DNA of 64,000 bases from positions 342 through 64,341 of the forward strand of contig JAGOSC010000006.1 of the NCBI GenBank assembly GCA_018062515.1, read 5' to 3'. Source of the DNA: Candidatus Omnitrophota bacterium (GTDB lineage: Bacteria > Omnitrophota > Gorgyraeia > Zapsychrales > Zapsychraceae). This document shows positions 28,380 through 38,786 of the stretch, piece after piece (the stretch's first letter is position 1; each line of letters starts with the position of its first letter). The translations under genes were made by a program, and so were the position numbers. The notes below the pieces were generated by a model that was not told where the DNA came from, did not search any database, and saw only the letters and a list, made by a program, of their open reading frames with translations.

Positions 28380-29444
28380 ATGAATATGCCACACCATTGG
28401 AAAGGTCGCGGAGCCTTAACGAATCCGGATAATCGGTTTGAGACGATTCATGTTGAACCGGATGAAGAGTTCGATCCTCTCGAACGATCAAAACCAAAGA
28501 CAATATATTTACATGATACAACCAAGACACTGATTACCTATAATGACAGCCCGGATGTTGGTTTTAGTGCAGGCATTAACCCTTATCGTGGTTGTGAGCA
28601 TGGCTGTATTTATTGTTTTGCCCGGCCGTCGCATGAATATTTAGGATTTTCCAGCGGATTGGATTTTGAGACAAGAATTCTTGTGAAACTGAATGCGGCG
28701 GACATTCTGCGCAAAGAGCTTTTGTCTTCCAAATATAAACCGCAGCCCATTGCATTTTCCGGGAATACAGATGTTTATCAGCCGGTTGAACGCAAATTAA
28801 ATGTTACGCGGCAATGTCTTGAGGTCTTCGCCGAATTTCGAAATCCCGTGATCATGATTACCAAAAATCGATTAATTGAAAGAGATATTGATTTACTTAA
28901 AATTTTAAGCGATTACAATGCGGTTAAAGTTTTTATATCGGTGACATCTTTAGATTCCACTCTGGCATCTAAAATGGAACCGAGAGCGTCCTGTCCGTCT
29001 GATCGACTGAAAGCGATTAAAGCATTAAGTCAGGCAGGCATACCCGTTGGAGTAATTATTGGGCCGGTCATTCCCGGATTAACCGATGAAGAGCTTCCCG
29101 CAATTCTTAAGGCGGCTGCAGATGCCGGAGCAACCACATCTCATTTTGTTGTGCTTAGGTTGCCGTTCGCTGTGAAAATATTATTTGAGCAATGGCTGGA
29201 AAGTCATTTTCCGGATAAAAAACAGAAAGTCCTTAATAGGATTAAGTCGGTTCGATCAGGGAAGCTTAATGATCCCGACTTCCATACACGAATGAGCGGT
29301 ACGGGAATTTATGCCGAACAAATTCATTCCATATTCAAAGTTTACAGTAAGCGTTATAAATTAGACCGGCCATCCATCGGTTTGTCGACTGCGTCCTTTC
29401 GGAAGCCTAGTAAACAGTTCATGTTATTCGACGAGAAAATGTAA
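28380..29444 (+). CDS. Radical-SAM protein of the COG1533 (SplB/Rv2578c/PA0069-like) family
   Basis: CEHGCIYCFARPSHEYLGF carries the CxxxCxxC radical-SAM cluster motif in the usual position for this family. Confidence 0.65.
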   Translation: MNMPHHWKGRGALTNPDNRFETIHVEPDEEFDPLERSKPKTIYLHDTTKTLITYNDSPDVGFSAGINPYRGCEHGCIYCFARPSHEYLGFSSGLDFETRILVKLNAADILRKELLSSKYKPQPIAFSGNTDVYQPVERKLNVTRQCLEVFAEFRNPVIMITKNRLIERDIDLLKILSDYNAVKVFISVTSLDSTLASKMEPRASCPSDRLKAIKALSQAGIPVGVIIGPVIPGLTDEELPAILKAAADAGATTSHFVVLRLPFAVKILFEQWLESHFPDKKQKVLNRIKSVRSGKLNDPDFHTRMSGTGIYAEQIHSIFKVYSKRYKLDRPSIGLSTASFRKPSKQFMLFDEKM

Positions 29445-29572
29445 CGCAAACTTCACACACTATTCACATGATGTATACATGCGCCGTATATGCTTTATAT
29501 GTTGTGCTTTATAAGGTAGGCATGATATTATTTTTTATAACAAAATAAATTTTTAGGAGCAATTAATTAAGT

Positions 29573-30268
29573 ATGTCTAATGAAAATATATTAATTGTTG
29601 AAGACGATAAGAATATATCGAAGCTGGTTAAATATAATTTAGAAAAAGCCGGCTATAGCTGTCACGCGGTTGTCACCGGTGAAGAGGGTTTTACTGTTCT
29701 CGACAAAGAAGAAATTAATTTAATCATTCTCGACGTCATGTTGCCAAAAATGGATGGGTTTGAAGTGTGCCGAATCATTCGGCAAGATGATTCCTATTCT
29801 CATATCCCGATCATTTTATTAACAGCTCGAGGAGAAGAAATTGACCGTATTGTAGGCCTGGAATTAGGGGCCGACGATTATATTGCCAAACCATTTAGTC
29901 CGCGCGAATTGGTCCTTCGGGTAAAAGCCATTCTTAAAAGATCAGTCATTAAAAAGGATGGCAAGCTTAAAGATGTGCTCAGTTTTGATCAATTAAAAAT
30001 TGATATTCCTCGTCATAAAGTATCTGTTAACTCAAAAGAAGTTCAATTAACGGCCATGGAATTTGATCTCTTAGTCATGTTGTTAAATCGTATGGGACGC
30101 GTTCAAAGCCGCGAACAATTGTTAAGCGATGTCTGGGGCATTGAAGCGGATGTGACGACCCGCACGGTGGACACACACGTAAAACGATTAAGACAAAAAC
30201 TCGGCCGTTACGGCAAATATATTGAAACGGTTCGCGGATACGGGTATCGCTTTTATGAACAGGAGTAA
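29573..30268 (+). CDS. phoB: OmpR-family response regulator, PhoB/PhoP-like
   Basis: Receiver (ILIVEDDKNISKL..LIILDVMLPKMDG..) plus winged helix (..TVRGYGYRF). Paired with a PhoR-like kinase; adjacent to phoU-pst operon. Confidence 0.7.
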   Translation: MSNENILIVEDDKNISKLVKYNLEKAGYSCHAVVTGEEGFTVLDKEEINLIILDVMLPKMDGFEVCRIIRQDDSYSHIPIILLTARGEEIDRIVGLELGADDYIAKPFSPRELVLRVKAILKRSVIKKDGKLKDVLSFDQLKIDIPRHKVSVNSKEVQLTAMEFDLLVMLLNRMGRVQSREQLLSDVWGIEADVTTRTVDTHVKRLRQKLGRYGKYIETVRGYGYRFYEQE

Positions 30269-30273
30269 TCGTT

Positions 30274-31671
30274 TTGCGCGTTAATATCCAATACAAAATT
30301 ACATTGATCATTTCTCTTATTGTGGCCACGATTCTAGTGGGCATATTTGCTTATCTGAAATTAACAGTCGCGTTGACCGCGACTAATCAGCCGTTAAACA
30401 GTCTCACCAAATTATTTTTTGTTTCATTGGCTATCGGTATTTGCTTGTCGCTTGTCCTCGGATTTTTTGCTTCCTGCGTTGTATTTAAACCGATTAAAGA
30501 AGTTTCATTACTGGCTAAGAGTATCGCGGCCGGCGATTTTTCCAGAACAATCGGCATTTATACCGACGACGAATTTGGTGATTTATCCAATTCCATCAAT
30601 TTTATGTCCAAGCAAATCAAAGAAAGAATAGATGAGGTGGTAAGCAACCGGCTTCGTTTAGAAGCTGTTTTGCTGAGCATGTTTGATGGGGTCATGGTCG
30701 TCGACAAACACGGGAAAATGATTTTAATGAATCAAGCGTTAAGGAATTTATTTCAAGTTATGGATGAAATTATTGGGAAAAAGCCGATCGAGGTGATCCG
30801 TAATGCGGATATACAAGACATTGCGAGTCAAGTGACGCAAAAAAATGCAGGTTATTTATCCCGTGAATTAACGGTTTTATTCCCCCAGGAAAAACATTTT
30901 ATTGTCCACGCAACGCCCGTCACATTTAATGGGTCTGTCGACGGAGCCATTTTGGTCTTTCATGATATTACAGAATTAAGACGGCTTGAGTTAGTTCGAA
31001 AAGATTTTGTGGCGAATGTCTCCCATGAACTGCGCACCCCGATTACAAATATAAAAGGTTATGCCGAAACGCTTCTCGAGGGGGCTTTAAATGATAAAGC
31101 CAATGCGGAAGATTTTATCAAAATCATTTATTCTGAATCAGAGCGTTTAGCGAAGCTCGTCGAGGATGTCCTTGATTTATCCCGTATCGAATCCGGTAAA
31201 ATGGAATTCAGTTTTAAAGAGCAAAATATTTATGAACTGGTCAATCAGGTAGCCAAAGACCTTCGCAAACAACTGGAACAGAAAAAAATTATTCTTAAAA
31301 ATGAAATTCCTGAGAATCTCGGCCATGTTAACTTTGATGCCACCAGTATCGCTCAAGTTTTTCTTAATTTGATTGAAAATGCGATTAAATATAATAGAGA
31401 AAATGGAACGATTACTATTTCGGCGGCGAATAAAGGTAATGGAATTGAAGTAAGGGTATCCGACACGGGTATTGGTATTCCCGACGAGGATTTGCCGCGC
31501 GTTTTTGAACGATTTTATCGGGTTGATAAAGCGCATTCGCGTGAAGTCGGAGGGACTGGTCTAGGACTTTCGATTGTCAAACATATCATCCAGGCGCATA
31601 AAGGTGAGGTTTATGTAACAAGTCAATTGGGTGTTGGGTCCACATTCTGCTTTACTTTACCCGCGAATTAA
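30274..31671 (+). CDS. phoR: Phosphate-regulon sensor histidine kinase PhoR-like (2 TM, HAMP, PAS, HisKA, HATPase)
   Basis: H-box RKDFVANVSHELRTPITNIKGYAETL is the characteristic PhoR motif. N/G boxes ENAIKYNREN, DTGIGIP, GTGLGLSIV. TTG start. Confidence 0.75.
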   Translation: MRVNIQYKITLIISLIVATILVGIFAYLKLTVALTATNQPLNSLTKLFFVSLAIGICLSLVLGFFASCVVFKPIKEVSLLAKSIAAGDFSRTIGIYTDDEFGDLSNSINFMSKQIKERIDEVVSNRLRLEAVLLSMFDGVMVVDKHGKMILMNQALRNLFQVMDEIIGKKPIEVIRNADIQDIASQVTQKNAGYLSRELTVLFPQEKHFIVHATPVTFNGSVDGAILVFHDITELRRLELVRKDFVANVSHELRTPITNIKGYAETLLEGALNDKANAEDFIKIIYSESERLAKLVEDVLDLSRIESGKMEFSFKEQNIYELVNQVAKDLRKQLEQKKIILKNEIPENLGHVNFDATSIAQVFLNLIENAIKYNRENGTITISAANKGNGIEVRVSDTGIGIPDEDLPRVFERFYRVDKAHSREVGGTGLGLSIVKHIIQAHKGEVYVTSQLGVGSTFCFTLPAN

Positions 31672-31753
31672 GAATTCACAGGAAATTAATCGGAATGTCA
31701 TAAAATCCACACATAATTTAATAATAATAGATTAATAAAGAAAGGAGGGAAAA

Positions 31754-31951
31754 ATGAATAGATTTGAATTGGCCATTAGTCCAAATATCGATCAAGTTGC
31801 CAGCAGCATAAGAACTCGAATAATAAATTTACATAATTTATTAGATCTTATCGAAAACACACATCGATATGATGATGATTCTGTTTTATCATCGTTGAGA
31901 GAATCAGAAGTGGAATTAAGACGTTTACGTCGACTTATCAGTGAATCATAA
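31754..31951 (+). CDS. Small hypothetical protein (65 aa)
   Basis: ORF with strong RBS AAAGGAGGG 7 nt upstream; predicted helical, no motifs. Confidence 0.4.
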   Translation: MNRFELAISPNIDQVASSIRTRIINLHNLLDLIENTHRYDDDSVLSSLRESEVELRRLRRLISES

Positions 31952-31984
31952 CTAAATCGTTCATGAATAAAATGACCCTCAATT

Positions 31985-32683
31985 TTATTCGGAACGATTT
32001 ACTTTTTTATGCGTAGAAATCAATTCTTCCAAATGATGTTTCACAATTTTCGCATCAATCATATAAATAACATCTTCGGCAATATTTGTCGCATGGTCAC
32101 AAATTCGTTCTAGATCGCGGGCGACCAAAAGAAGAGGGACAGCGCGGGGCGCGGTTGTTCCGTCTTTGACCATGTGCTCATAAATCAATTCCTTAATAAT
32201 ATTGGTGCGTAGTTCATCCGCTTCTTTATCAGAAAAGATAACAGACTTAGCTAATTCATCATTACGTTGGATAAAAGATTCAATGGCGGTTCTGACCATA
32301 CGTTTGGCAATTTCCGCCAGGCGAGGAATATCCACCAAAGGTTTCAATAACGGCTTATCCGCCAGTTCGATCACCCGTCGGGATATATTGACCGTTAAAT
32401 CGGCAATGCGTTCTAAATTTGAACTAATGTGCATGCCCGTCGTGATAAATCGTAAATCATTCGCCATAGGCTGGAATAGAGCCAGAAGTTCAATGGAGCT
32501 TTCTTCAATTTTATTCTCGAGATCATCGATCTTTTGATCATTTCCGGCAACTTCTTTAGCTAATTCAATGTTCCTTACTTTAAGAGATTCGACACATTTA
32601 TGGATGGCTTCTTCCGTTAACGTCGCCATTTTCAGTAAATGGTTATTTAATGTTTGTAACTCTTGGTCCAAATGTCTTTGCAT
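31985..32683 (-). CDS. phoU: Phosphate signalling complex protein PhoU
   Basis: 232 aa with two PhoU repeats (..ERIADLTVNISRRV.., ..ERICDHATNIAEDVIYM..). Confidence 0.85.
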   Translation of the reverse strand: MQRHLDQELQTLNNHLLKMATLTEEAIHKCVESLKVRNIELAKEVAGNDQKIDDLENKIEESSIELLALFQPMANDLRFITTGMHISSNLERIADLTVNISRRVIELADKPLLKPLVDIPRLAEIAKRMVRTAIESFIQRNDELAKSVIFSDKEADELRTNIIKELIYEHMVKDGTTAPRAVPLLLVARDLERICDHATNIAEDVIYMIDAKIVKHHLEELISTHKKVNRSE

Positions 32684-32732
32684 GGTCGGGTCCTTTATTT
32701 TAGATAAGGCAATGCTTATTTTTTATCGAGTA

Positions 32733-33596
32733 TTAACCAAAACGGCCGGTGATGTAATCTTCCGTAATTTTTTGTTGAGGTTTCGTAAATATTTCTGATG
32801 TTTTTCCAACTTCAATGATTTCACCTAACATTAAGAAGGCCGTTGTGTCGGATATACGCGCTGCTTGCTGCATATTATGGGTAACGATGACAATGGTATA
32901 TTTTTCTTTTAACTGCACAATCAATTCTTCAATTTTTGCCGTCGCTATAGGGTCTAGAGCGGAACAAGGCTCGTCGAATAGAATAACCTTTGGTTTAACG
33001 GCCAACGCGCGCGCGATGCAAAGCCTTTGTTGCTGACCGCCGGATAAAGAGAAGCCGGAATCAGAGAGGCGATCCTTGACTTCATCCCATAATGCTGCTT
33101 TCTTAAGGCTGTCTTGAATAACATCGTCGAGAAATGATTTGTTTGTAATGCCTTGAATTCTCAGTCCATACGCAATATTTTCATAAATACTTTTTGGAAA
33201 TGGATTAGGCTTTTGAAAAACCATGCCGATTTCCCGTCGAAGTTCGGTGACATCGATTTCACTGGAATATAAATCTTTTTGGTGATAATAAATTTTTCCG
33301 ACGGGTTTAAAGGCGGGAATTAAATCATTCATGCGGTTTAGGCAGCGAAGAAGGGTGCTTTTCCCGCATCCGGAAGGACCCATAAGCGCAGTGACTGATT
33401 TCGCCGCGATAGTTAAACTTATATTTTTTAAAACATCTTTTTGTCCATATGAACCAGTCAGCTGTTCAATTTTAAAAACAATTTCCTGTGTTTCCATATT
33501 TTCTACCTTTGAAGGTTCTTTTTCTTGTGGAGGATTATTTTTAACCACAAAATTTTGTTTAGATTTATTTGATTTAAAATCATTCATAACAGCCAT
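32733..33596 (-). CDS. pstB: Phosphate ABC transporter ATP-binding protein
   Basis: Walker [13 protein letters not shown] signature [15 protein letters not shown], Walker B ILFDEP; PstB-like N-terminal extension. Confidence 0.85.
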   Translation of the reverse strand: MAVMNDFKSNKSKQNFVVKNNPPQEKEPSKVENMETQEIVFKIEQLTGSYGQKDVLKNISLTIAAKSVTALMGPSGCGKSTLLRCLNRMNDLIPAFKPVGKIYYHQKDLYSSEIDVTELRREIGMVFQKPNPFPKSIYENIAYGLRIQGITNKSFLDDVIQDSLKKAALWDEVKDRLSDSGFSLSGGQQQRLCIARALAVKPKVILFDEPCSALDPIATAKIEELIVQLKEKYTIVIVTHNMQQAARISDTTAFLMLGEIIEVGKTSEIFTKPQQKITEDYITGRFG

Positions 33597-33600
33597 AAGA

Positions 33601-34500
33601 CTACCACCGTCGCTGATTTTTGTATCTTAAGAAAATAGCTAATCCATTTAAGACTAAGGTAATAAATAATAAAACAAGTATACCAGCCGCCGCGCAAACA
33701 AGAAAACCTTTTTGTGGGCGTGAAACCCAGTTAAAAATTTGAATCGGTAAGACGGTGAATGGATCAAGAAAGCCTTGCAAACTTACGTGGACATAGGGAA
33801 ATGTCGACGTAAAGGAAATCGGATTCGTCGGTAAAAATGGTATATAGGTTAATGCTCCTAAGGTCACCAATGGAGCTGTTTCTCCGATGGCTCGCGAAAG
33901 AGCTAAAATAATTCCGGTTAAAATATTACCGAAGGCGGCTGGTAATACTTGAAAACGGACGGCCTGCCATTTGGTGGCGCCTAATGCATACGCGGCTTCG
34001 CGAATAGAAAAAGGAACTGTGCGCAAGGCTTCTCTAGTCGCCAGAATGACAATGGGCAGGATCAAAAGGGCTAATGTTAATCCACCAGCCAATACGCTGC
34101 GATCAAGGTGCATCCAGCGGACAAATAGGCCGAGACCTAAGATTCCATAAATAACCGACGGAACGCCCGCTAAATTCGCAATATTTATTTCAATCAAATC
34201 TGTAAATTTATTTTTCTTCGCGTATTCTTCGAGATAAATTCCAGATCCCACGCCGATGGGAATTGAGATTAAAGCGGTCGTTAACATAATCCAAAGCGTG
34301 CCGGCCCAGGCTGAAAAGATTCCAGCCTTTTCTGGTTTTCTCGACGGAAAGCTTGTTAAAAAATCCCAACTTAAGCGGCTAAAACCATCACGAAGAACGT
34401 CGATGACGAGGATAGATAGGATGATAACACCAAATAAAGTTGTTAATAATCCGATGACATTGAAAAATTTGTTTAATATTCGTGTTGATTTAATCGACAT
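33601..34500 (-). CDS. pstA: Phosphate ABC transporter permease PstA
   Basis: 6-TM permease with EAA-like loop (..[13 protein letters not shown]..). Operon position. Confidence 0.8.
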   Translation of the reverse strand: MSIKSTRILNKFFNVIGLLTTLFGVIILSILVIDVLRDGFSRLSWDFLTSFPSRKPEKAGIFSAWAGTLWIMLTTALISIPIGVGSGIYLEEYAKKNKFTDLIEINIANLAGVPSVIYGILGLGLFVRWMHLDRSVLAGGLTLALLILPIVILATREALRTVPFSIREAAYALGATKWQAVRFQVLPAAFGNILTGIILALSRAIGETAPLVTLGALTYIPFLPTNPISFTSTFPYVHVSLQGFLDPFTVLPIQIFNWVSRPQKGFLVCAAAGILVLLFITLVLNGLAIFLRYKNQRRW

Positions 34501-34510
34501 AATTTTGGTC

Positions 34511-35407
34511 TTATTGATAAACTTCCTGGAAACGCCGTTTGAGTTTAAAACTAAATATATTTAATATAAAAGTCAGTACAAATAATGTTAACCCGCAAAC
34601 AAAAATAGTTTTGTATTCAAGGGTTCCGTGCGGAGTATCACCTAAACTGATTTGCACTATGTAAGCTGTGATTGTTTCGACTGGAACCATCGGATTAAAT
34701 GTAAAATTTGGTTGTTGTCCGGCGGCAATCGCAACAATCATTGTTTCCCCAATAGCGCGGGAAACAGCCAAAATAATCGACGCTGTTATCCCAGATAAGG
34801 CCGCTGGAAAAACAATTCTAAAAGCCACCTGAATTTTTTGTGATCCAAGGGCATATGCGCCTTCTCTTAAACCCATGGGTACAGCATGCATGGCATCCTC
34901 ACTGAGAGATGAAACCAATGGAATAATCATAATTCCCATCACCAAACCAGCCGACAATGCATTAAATCCGGACAAGTCAGGAAAAAAATTTCGCAAAAAA
35001 GGAGTAACAAATAAAAGCGCAAAATATCCGTAAACAACAGTTGGAATAGCAGCCAGGATTTCCATAAAGGGTTTAATGATATTGCGAAAACGAGGTGAAG
35101 CATACTCGCTCAAATAAATAGCGCTGATTAATCCAACGGGAACAGCGACGGATAAAGCAATAATGGTTGTTAACAATGTTCCGGATAGAAGAGGAAGGAT
35201 GCCATAATGTTTATTGCTGAAAAGCGGGGTCCATTGTGTATCGGTTAGAAATTGCCATAAGGACACATGTTGAAAAAACCCGAATGATTCGGAGAAAAGG
35301 ATAAAAATGATTGCCCCGGTCGTAAAAACAGAGAGGAGGCTGCATAAAAAAAGCAGCCTCTCAATCACTGTTTCCTTGAATTTTATTCTTTTCTTGCTTT
35401 GCATCAA
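34511..35407 (-). CDS. pstC: Phosphate ABC transporter permease PstC
   Basis: 6-TM permease (..[14 protein letters not shown]..). Operon position. Confidence 0.8.
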   Translation of the reverse strand: MMQSKKRIKFKETVIERLLFLCSLLSVFTTGAIIFILFSESFGFFQHVSLWQFLTDTQWTPLFSNKHYGILPLLSGTLLTTIIALSVAVPVGLISAIYLSEYASPRFRNIIKPFMEILAAIPTVVYGYFALLFVTPFLRNFFPDLSGFNALSAGLVMGIMIIPLVSSLSEDAMHAVPMGLREGAYALGSQKIQVAFRIVFPAALSGITASIILAVSRAIGETMIVAIAAGQQPNFTFNPMVPVETITAYIVQISLGDTPHGTLEYKTIFVCGLTLFVLTFILNIFSFKLKRRFQEVYQ

Positions 35408-36394
35408 TTATTCTCGACTTAATAATTCCGCCATGGAAACACCAATGGTTGATGAACCATCATTAAAGACGGAGCCCTTAATACGTTTTTCAAAACGATT
35501 TTTGGCCGCAGCATATGATTCTTCTTGAAGAGGAATATAGCCTACTTCTTCAACTAAGGGAGCGGCATTTTCTAAGTAAAATTGAATGAATTTATCAATA
35601 TAGGCTTTTTCATTAGCCGACTGTTTATTAACATAAATAAAAAGCGGTCGCGCTAATGGTTGATAAGTAGCGTCCATGACCGTTTCCATAGATGGTGCTA
35701 TGGGTCCGTCGCCATTATCGCTTTTTTCATCATCAACTGGAACGAGTTTTAATTTTTCTTTATTTTGTTCATAATAAGCGAGTCCGAAGTATCCGATGGC
35801 TCCTTTATCCGAAGAAACACCTTCGACAAGAGTATTGTCGTCTTCGCTGGCGGTATAGTCGCCGCGGCTTTGACCAGATTTGCCATTGATGGCTTCCGTG
35901 AAATAATCAAATGTCCCGGAATCTGTCCCTGCCCCGAAGAGTTTAATCTCTACATTGGGGAAGCCATCTCTGACTTGGCTCCAGTTGGTTACAGTACCTT
36001 GCGATTCAGCCTTCCAAATCATGTTTAATTCTTTGACCGTAAGGTAATCAACCCAGGTATTTTTTGGATTAACCACAACGGCAAGGCCGTCATACGCAAC
36101 GGGTAATTCAATATATTCTATATTGCTTTCTCGGCATGCAGATACTTCGCTGGATTTAATTGGACGAGAAGCGTCGCTGATATCGGTTTCTCCTCGGCAA
36201 AAACGTTTAAAACCGCCACCTGTACCGGAGATTCCAACCATGACCTTAGTTCCGCCAGCGGCTTGGAACTCTTCGGCAACAGCCTCAGTAATAGGGAAGA
36301 CGGTGCTCGAACCGTCGACTTTGACAATATCTGCCGCCATGGCTTTGGAAACCGCCAGGCCCAGAAACATTAATGTTATTAATATTTTTTTCAT
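35408..36394 (-). CDS. pstS: Phosphate-binding periplasmic protein PstS
   Basis: Signal peptide [20 protein letters not shown]; PBP fold with GSSTVFP and [11 protein letters not shown] phosphate-binding motifs. Confidence 0.85.
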   Translation of the reverse strand: MKKILITLMFLGLAVSKAMAADIVKVDGSSTVFPITEAVAEEFQAAGGTKVMVGISGTGGGFKRFCRGETDISDASRPIKSSEVSACRESNIEYIELPVAYDGLAVVVNPKNTWVDYLTVKELNMIWKAESQGTVTNWSQVRDGFPNVEIKLFGAGTDSGTFDYFTEAINGKSGQSRGDYTASEDDNTLVEGVSSDKGAIGYFGLAYYEQNKEKLKLVPVDDEKSDNGDGPIAPSMETVMDATYQPLARPLFIYVNKQSANEKAYIDKFIQFYLENAAPLVEEVGYIPLQEESYAAAKNRFEKRIKGSVFNDGSSTIGVSMAELLSRE

Positions 36395-36479
36395 TATTTT
36401 CGCTCCTTAGGCAAGATTAAAAAATTATCTTACATTATAATTATTGTAATGTCATATGAATTTTTCATCTGATTCTGTT

Positions 36480-37742
36480 TTAAAATTTAAATTCAAGATC
36501 AGCTTGGACTAATCTTTCCGGGTCTGATGCAGCCTTGATTCTTCGGGAATCATAATAATCAATTCCAAAAGTTACGTTCTTGGTTATACCCAAAGAAAGT
36601 ATGGCTTCATGGGCTGATACATCCGTATCACCGGCATGTCGGTCGGAATCTGGGAAAGAATCTGGGAAAGAATCCTTTTCTAAGCGTGTATAGAGGTATT
36701 TAAATTGCCATTTCCCGCGATTGGAAACTTTTTTGTCCCCGAAAACCATCCCCAATGTCCAGGCGTCATTGTCATCCGTTTCGCCGTCATTAAATTTGGA
36801 GATATTATTATTGTATTCTCCTAAGATACCGACTCGTTCGATGGGGAACTCGCTTTCGGCTGGACGACTGATTCCCGCTTCAAATGAACCACCTACAGAA
36901 TCATAGTCATATTTTAAAACACCACCAGTTCGGGTGTTCGTCGCGCGGTCATTGTCCAAGTCAGCGCCTTGAACACCGTTGAATTTGTACGCAACGGCGG
37001 CAACTTGAATGTCAAATGTATCATTTTTCCAAAGAACACCTGGCTGAAGGTAATGCATAAAAGGATCAGTCGCATCCCCGAGGTTATTTTCATCAATGAT
37101 CCAGACACCTGTGTTCATATAACCCTTGATTTTTGCGACTAGTTCTTTTTCTAAGTGAACAGATGCGCCTTCCGGATTAATATCTGAGTCCCATAACATG
37201 TCGCTGGGTGCCCAAAGATAGCTGGATTTTACAAATTTACCGCCGATCATTTTTACATAACTATTGGGGAGGTATTCGGCATACGCATAATCCCAGGTTA
37301 TTCCACCGTGCTCAAAAGCATTTTCAAACGTTTCATTGGTTGATCGCGGATCAGTTCCACCCGTTGCCAGACCAGCTCCAACTTTAACTTTATCTTTGAC
37401 GATGTCTGTTTCCACTCCTAAACGAAACCGCATTCTTCCTCGGCTGCGTGATTCCGCGTTCGCTGCTTTCTTTTCATATTGATAACGAAGACGATAATCA
37501 CCTTTGACCTTCATTTTTTGAACCCACTCGGGAAGCGCTACTTTTAGATTTTCTTCCTTCATGAGTTTTTCATCAGCCGCGATTTCACTTTTCAATTCTC
37601 TACCTTCGGCTTTGGTTAGAACACCTTTTTCAACTAATTTTTCCACTAAAGAGTCTACTTCAGTGCTGGCCGCGAAAGTGGGAATCGTGTTGGTGAACAT
37701 GCACACAGCAGCGACTAGAATGATTAATAAATTTTTCCTCAC
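36480..37742 (-). CDS. Outer-membrane beta-barrel porin, possibly phosphate-selective (OprO/P-like), heads the pst operon
   Basis: Signal peptide, N-terminal coiled-coil segment, alternating amphipathic strands, C-terminal ...DLEFKF with terminal Phe. GTG start with AAGGAG RBS. Contains an in-frame 12-bp tandem duplication (DSFPDSFPDS). Confidence 0.6.
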   Translation of the reverse strand: MRKNLLIILVAAVCMFTNTIPTFAASTEVDSLVEKLVEKGVLTKAEGRELKSEIAADEKLMKEENLKVALPEWVQKMKVKGDYRLRYQYEKKAANAESRSRGRMRFRLGVETDIVKDKVKVGAGLATGGTDPRSTNETFENAFEHGGITWDYAYAEYLPNSYVKMIGGKFVKSSYLWAPSDMLWDSDINPEGASVHLEKELVAKIKGYMNTGVWIIDENNLGDATDPFMHYLQPGVLWKNDTFDIQVAAVAYKFNGVQGADLDNDRATNTRTGGVLKYDYDSVGGSFEAGISRPAESEFPIERVGILGEYNNNISKFNDGETDDNDAWTLGMVFGDKKVSNRGKWQFKYLYTRLEKDSFPDSFPDSDRHAGDTDVSAHEAILSLGITKNVTFGIDYYDSRRIKAASDPERLVQADLEFKF

Positions 37743-38312
37743 GATATTTCTCCTTTTATAAATTGATAAATTTTATTTCTTATGTAAATCCAGCTGTTAT
37801 GATTTTTTATTCAGCTAGAATAAATTTTTTCATTTCCGTAAAACCCAACCAATGATTCACCTCCTTTTCGGATTAATTGATTATAAGAATATAAAATAAG
37901 TATGAAGCAATGATGGCGTGCATGTGAACATTGCGTGAACTGTACAAATCATTTGTTTTCAGTAAGATACGAACATGAAAAATGCTTCAAATTCACGAGT
38001 GGATATTTGTAGATGCGTCGATTTGAAATGATGACGATGAGGTGGCATGATCAAGATAAAAAATGTTAAACTTATTAATAGCAAGAGGTGCTTACGTTTT
38101 ACATCATGTTTATTTCTCCGATGATGTCGCTCGACCAAGACAATTTCTTCACTAATAATATTCTTCCTGAGTTTCATCAATGCGCCTCTCATCATCAAGC
38201 ATGCAGATTTTTTTAAAAACAACTGTGTTTTGGTTATTTTATATCTATAATAGCTTTATCACTTTTTACGTGAATTCTGCTAACTGAAAGAAAACTAATA
38301 ACGGAGACGGTT

Positions 38313-38786
38313 ATGAAAAAAATAAATTTCCTCTGGTTGGCCTTATGGTTTATCTTAATCCCTCATCAAGTTCAAGCTCATCCGCCGAGCGATATTGTCA
38401 TGTCTTATGATTTAGAGAAGAAAATCTTATCTGTGAAAATGCGACATACAACGATTGATGCCCGAAAAGATTATATTCGTAAAATAGAGGTTTCCGTGAA
38501 TAAGGGCGAACCGATTATCACTAGATATACGATTCAATCTAATACAATGGAATTTTCTGACAACATTTCCCTTCCGGCGAAGGAAGGCGATACGATTAAT
38601 CTAAAAGCCTTCAGCAAAGAGGGTGGATCGACGGAAGCCTCGCTTCAAGTACCAAAAAAAGAAGAGAAAAAATCGGATACAGAAGAACCATCCATCGCTG
38701 AAGAAACGATAGTAGAGGCCGAACAACCGGCGGCATCTGCGGGCAGCGTGGCGGAAGGTGAAACGACGAGTGAGGGCGGAAAATAG
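38313..38786 (+). CDS. Secreted protein of unknown function with acidic C-terminal tail
   Basis: Signal peptide MKKINFLWLALWFILIPHQVQA; stop overlaps the GTG start of the next gene (TAGTG). Confidence 0.5.
   Translation: MKKINFLWLALWFILIPHQVQAHPPSDIVMSYDLEKKILSVKMRHTTIDARKDYIRKIEVSVNKGEPIITRYTIQSNTMEFSDNISLPAKEGDTINLKAFSKEGGSTEASLQVPKKEEKKSDTEEPSIAEETIVEAEQPAASAGSVAEGETTSEGGK

Noticed and set aside
36395-36479. TGTCAT / TTTCAT words upstream of pstS as a Pho box
   Set aside because: The spacing I counted is ~13 nt rather than 11 and the orientation is uncertain. Left as something to test, not a feature.
37959-38222. 87-aa minus-strand ORF in the porin / 38313 divergent intergenic region
   Set aside because: No RBS and an odd composition. 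The region more likely holds divergent promoters and contains a near-palindrome acaaatcatttgt.
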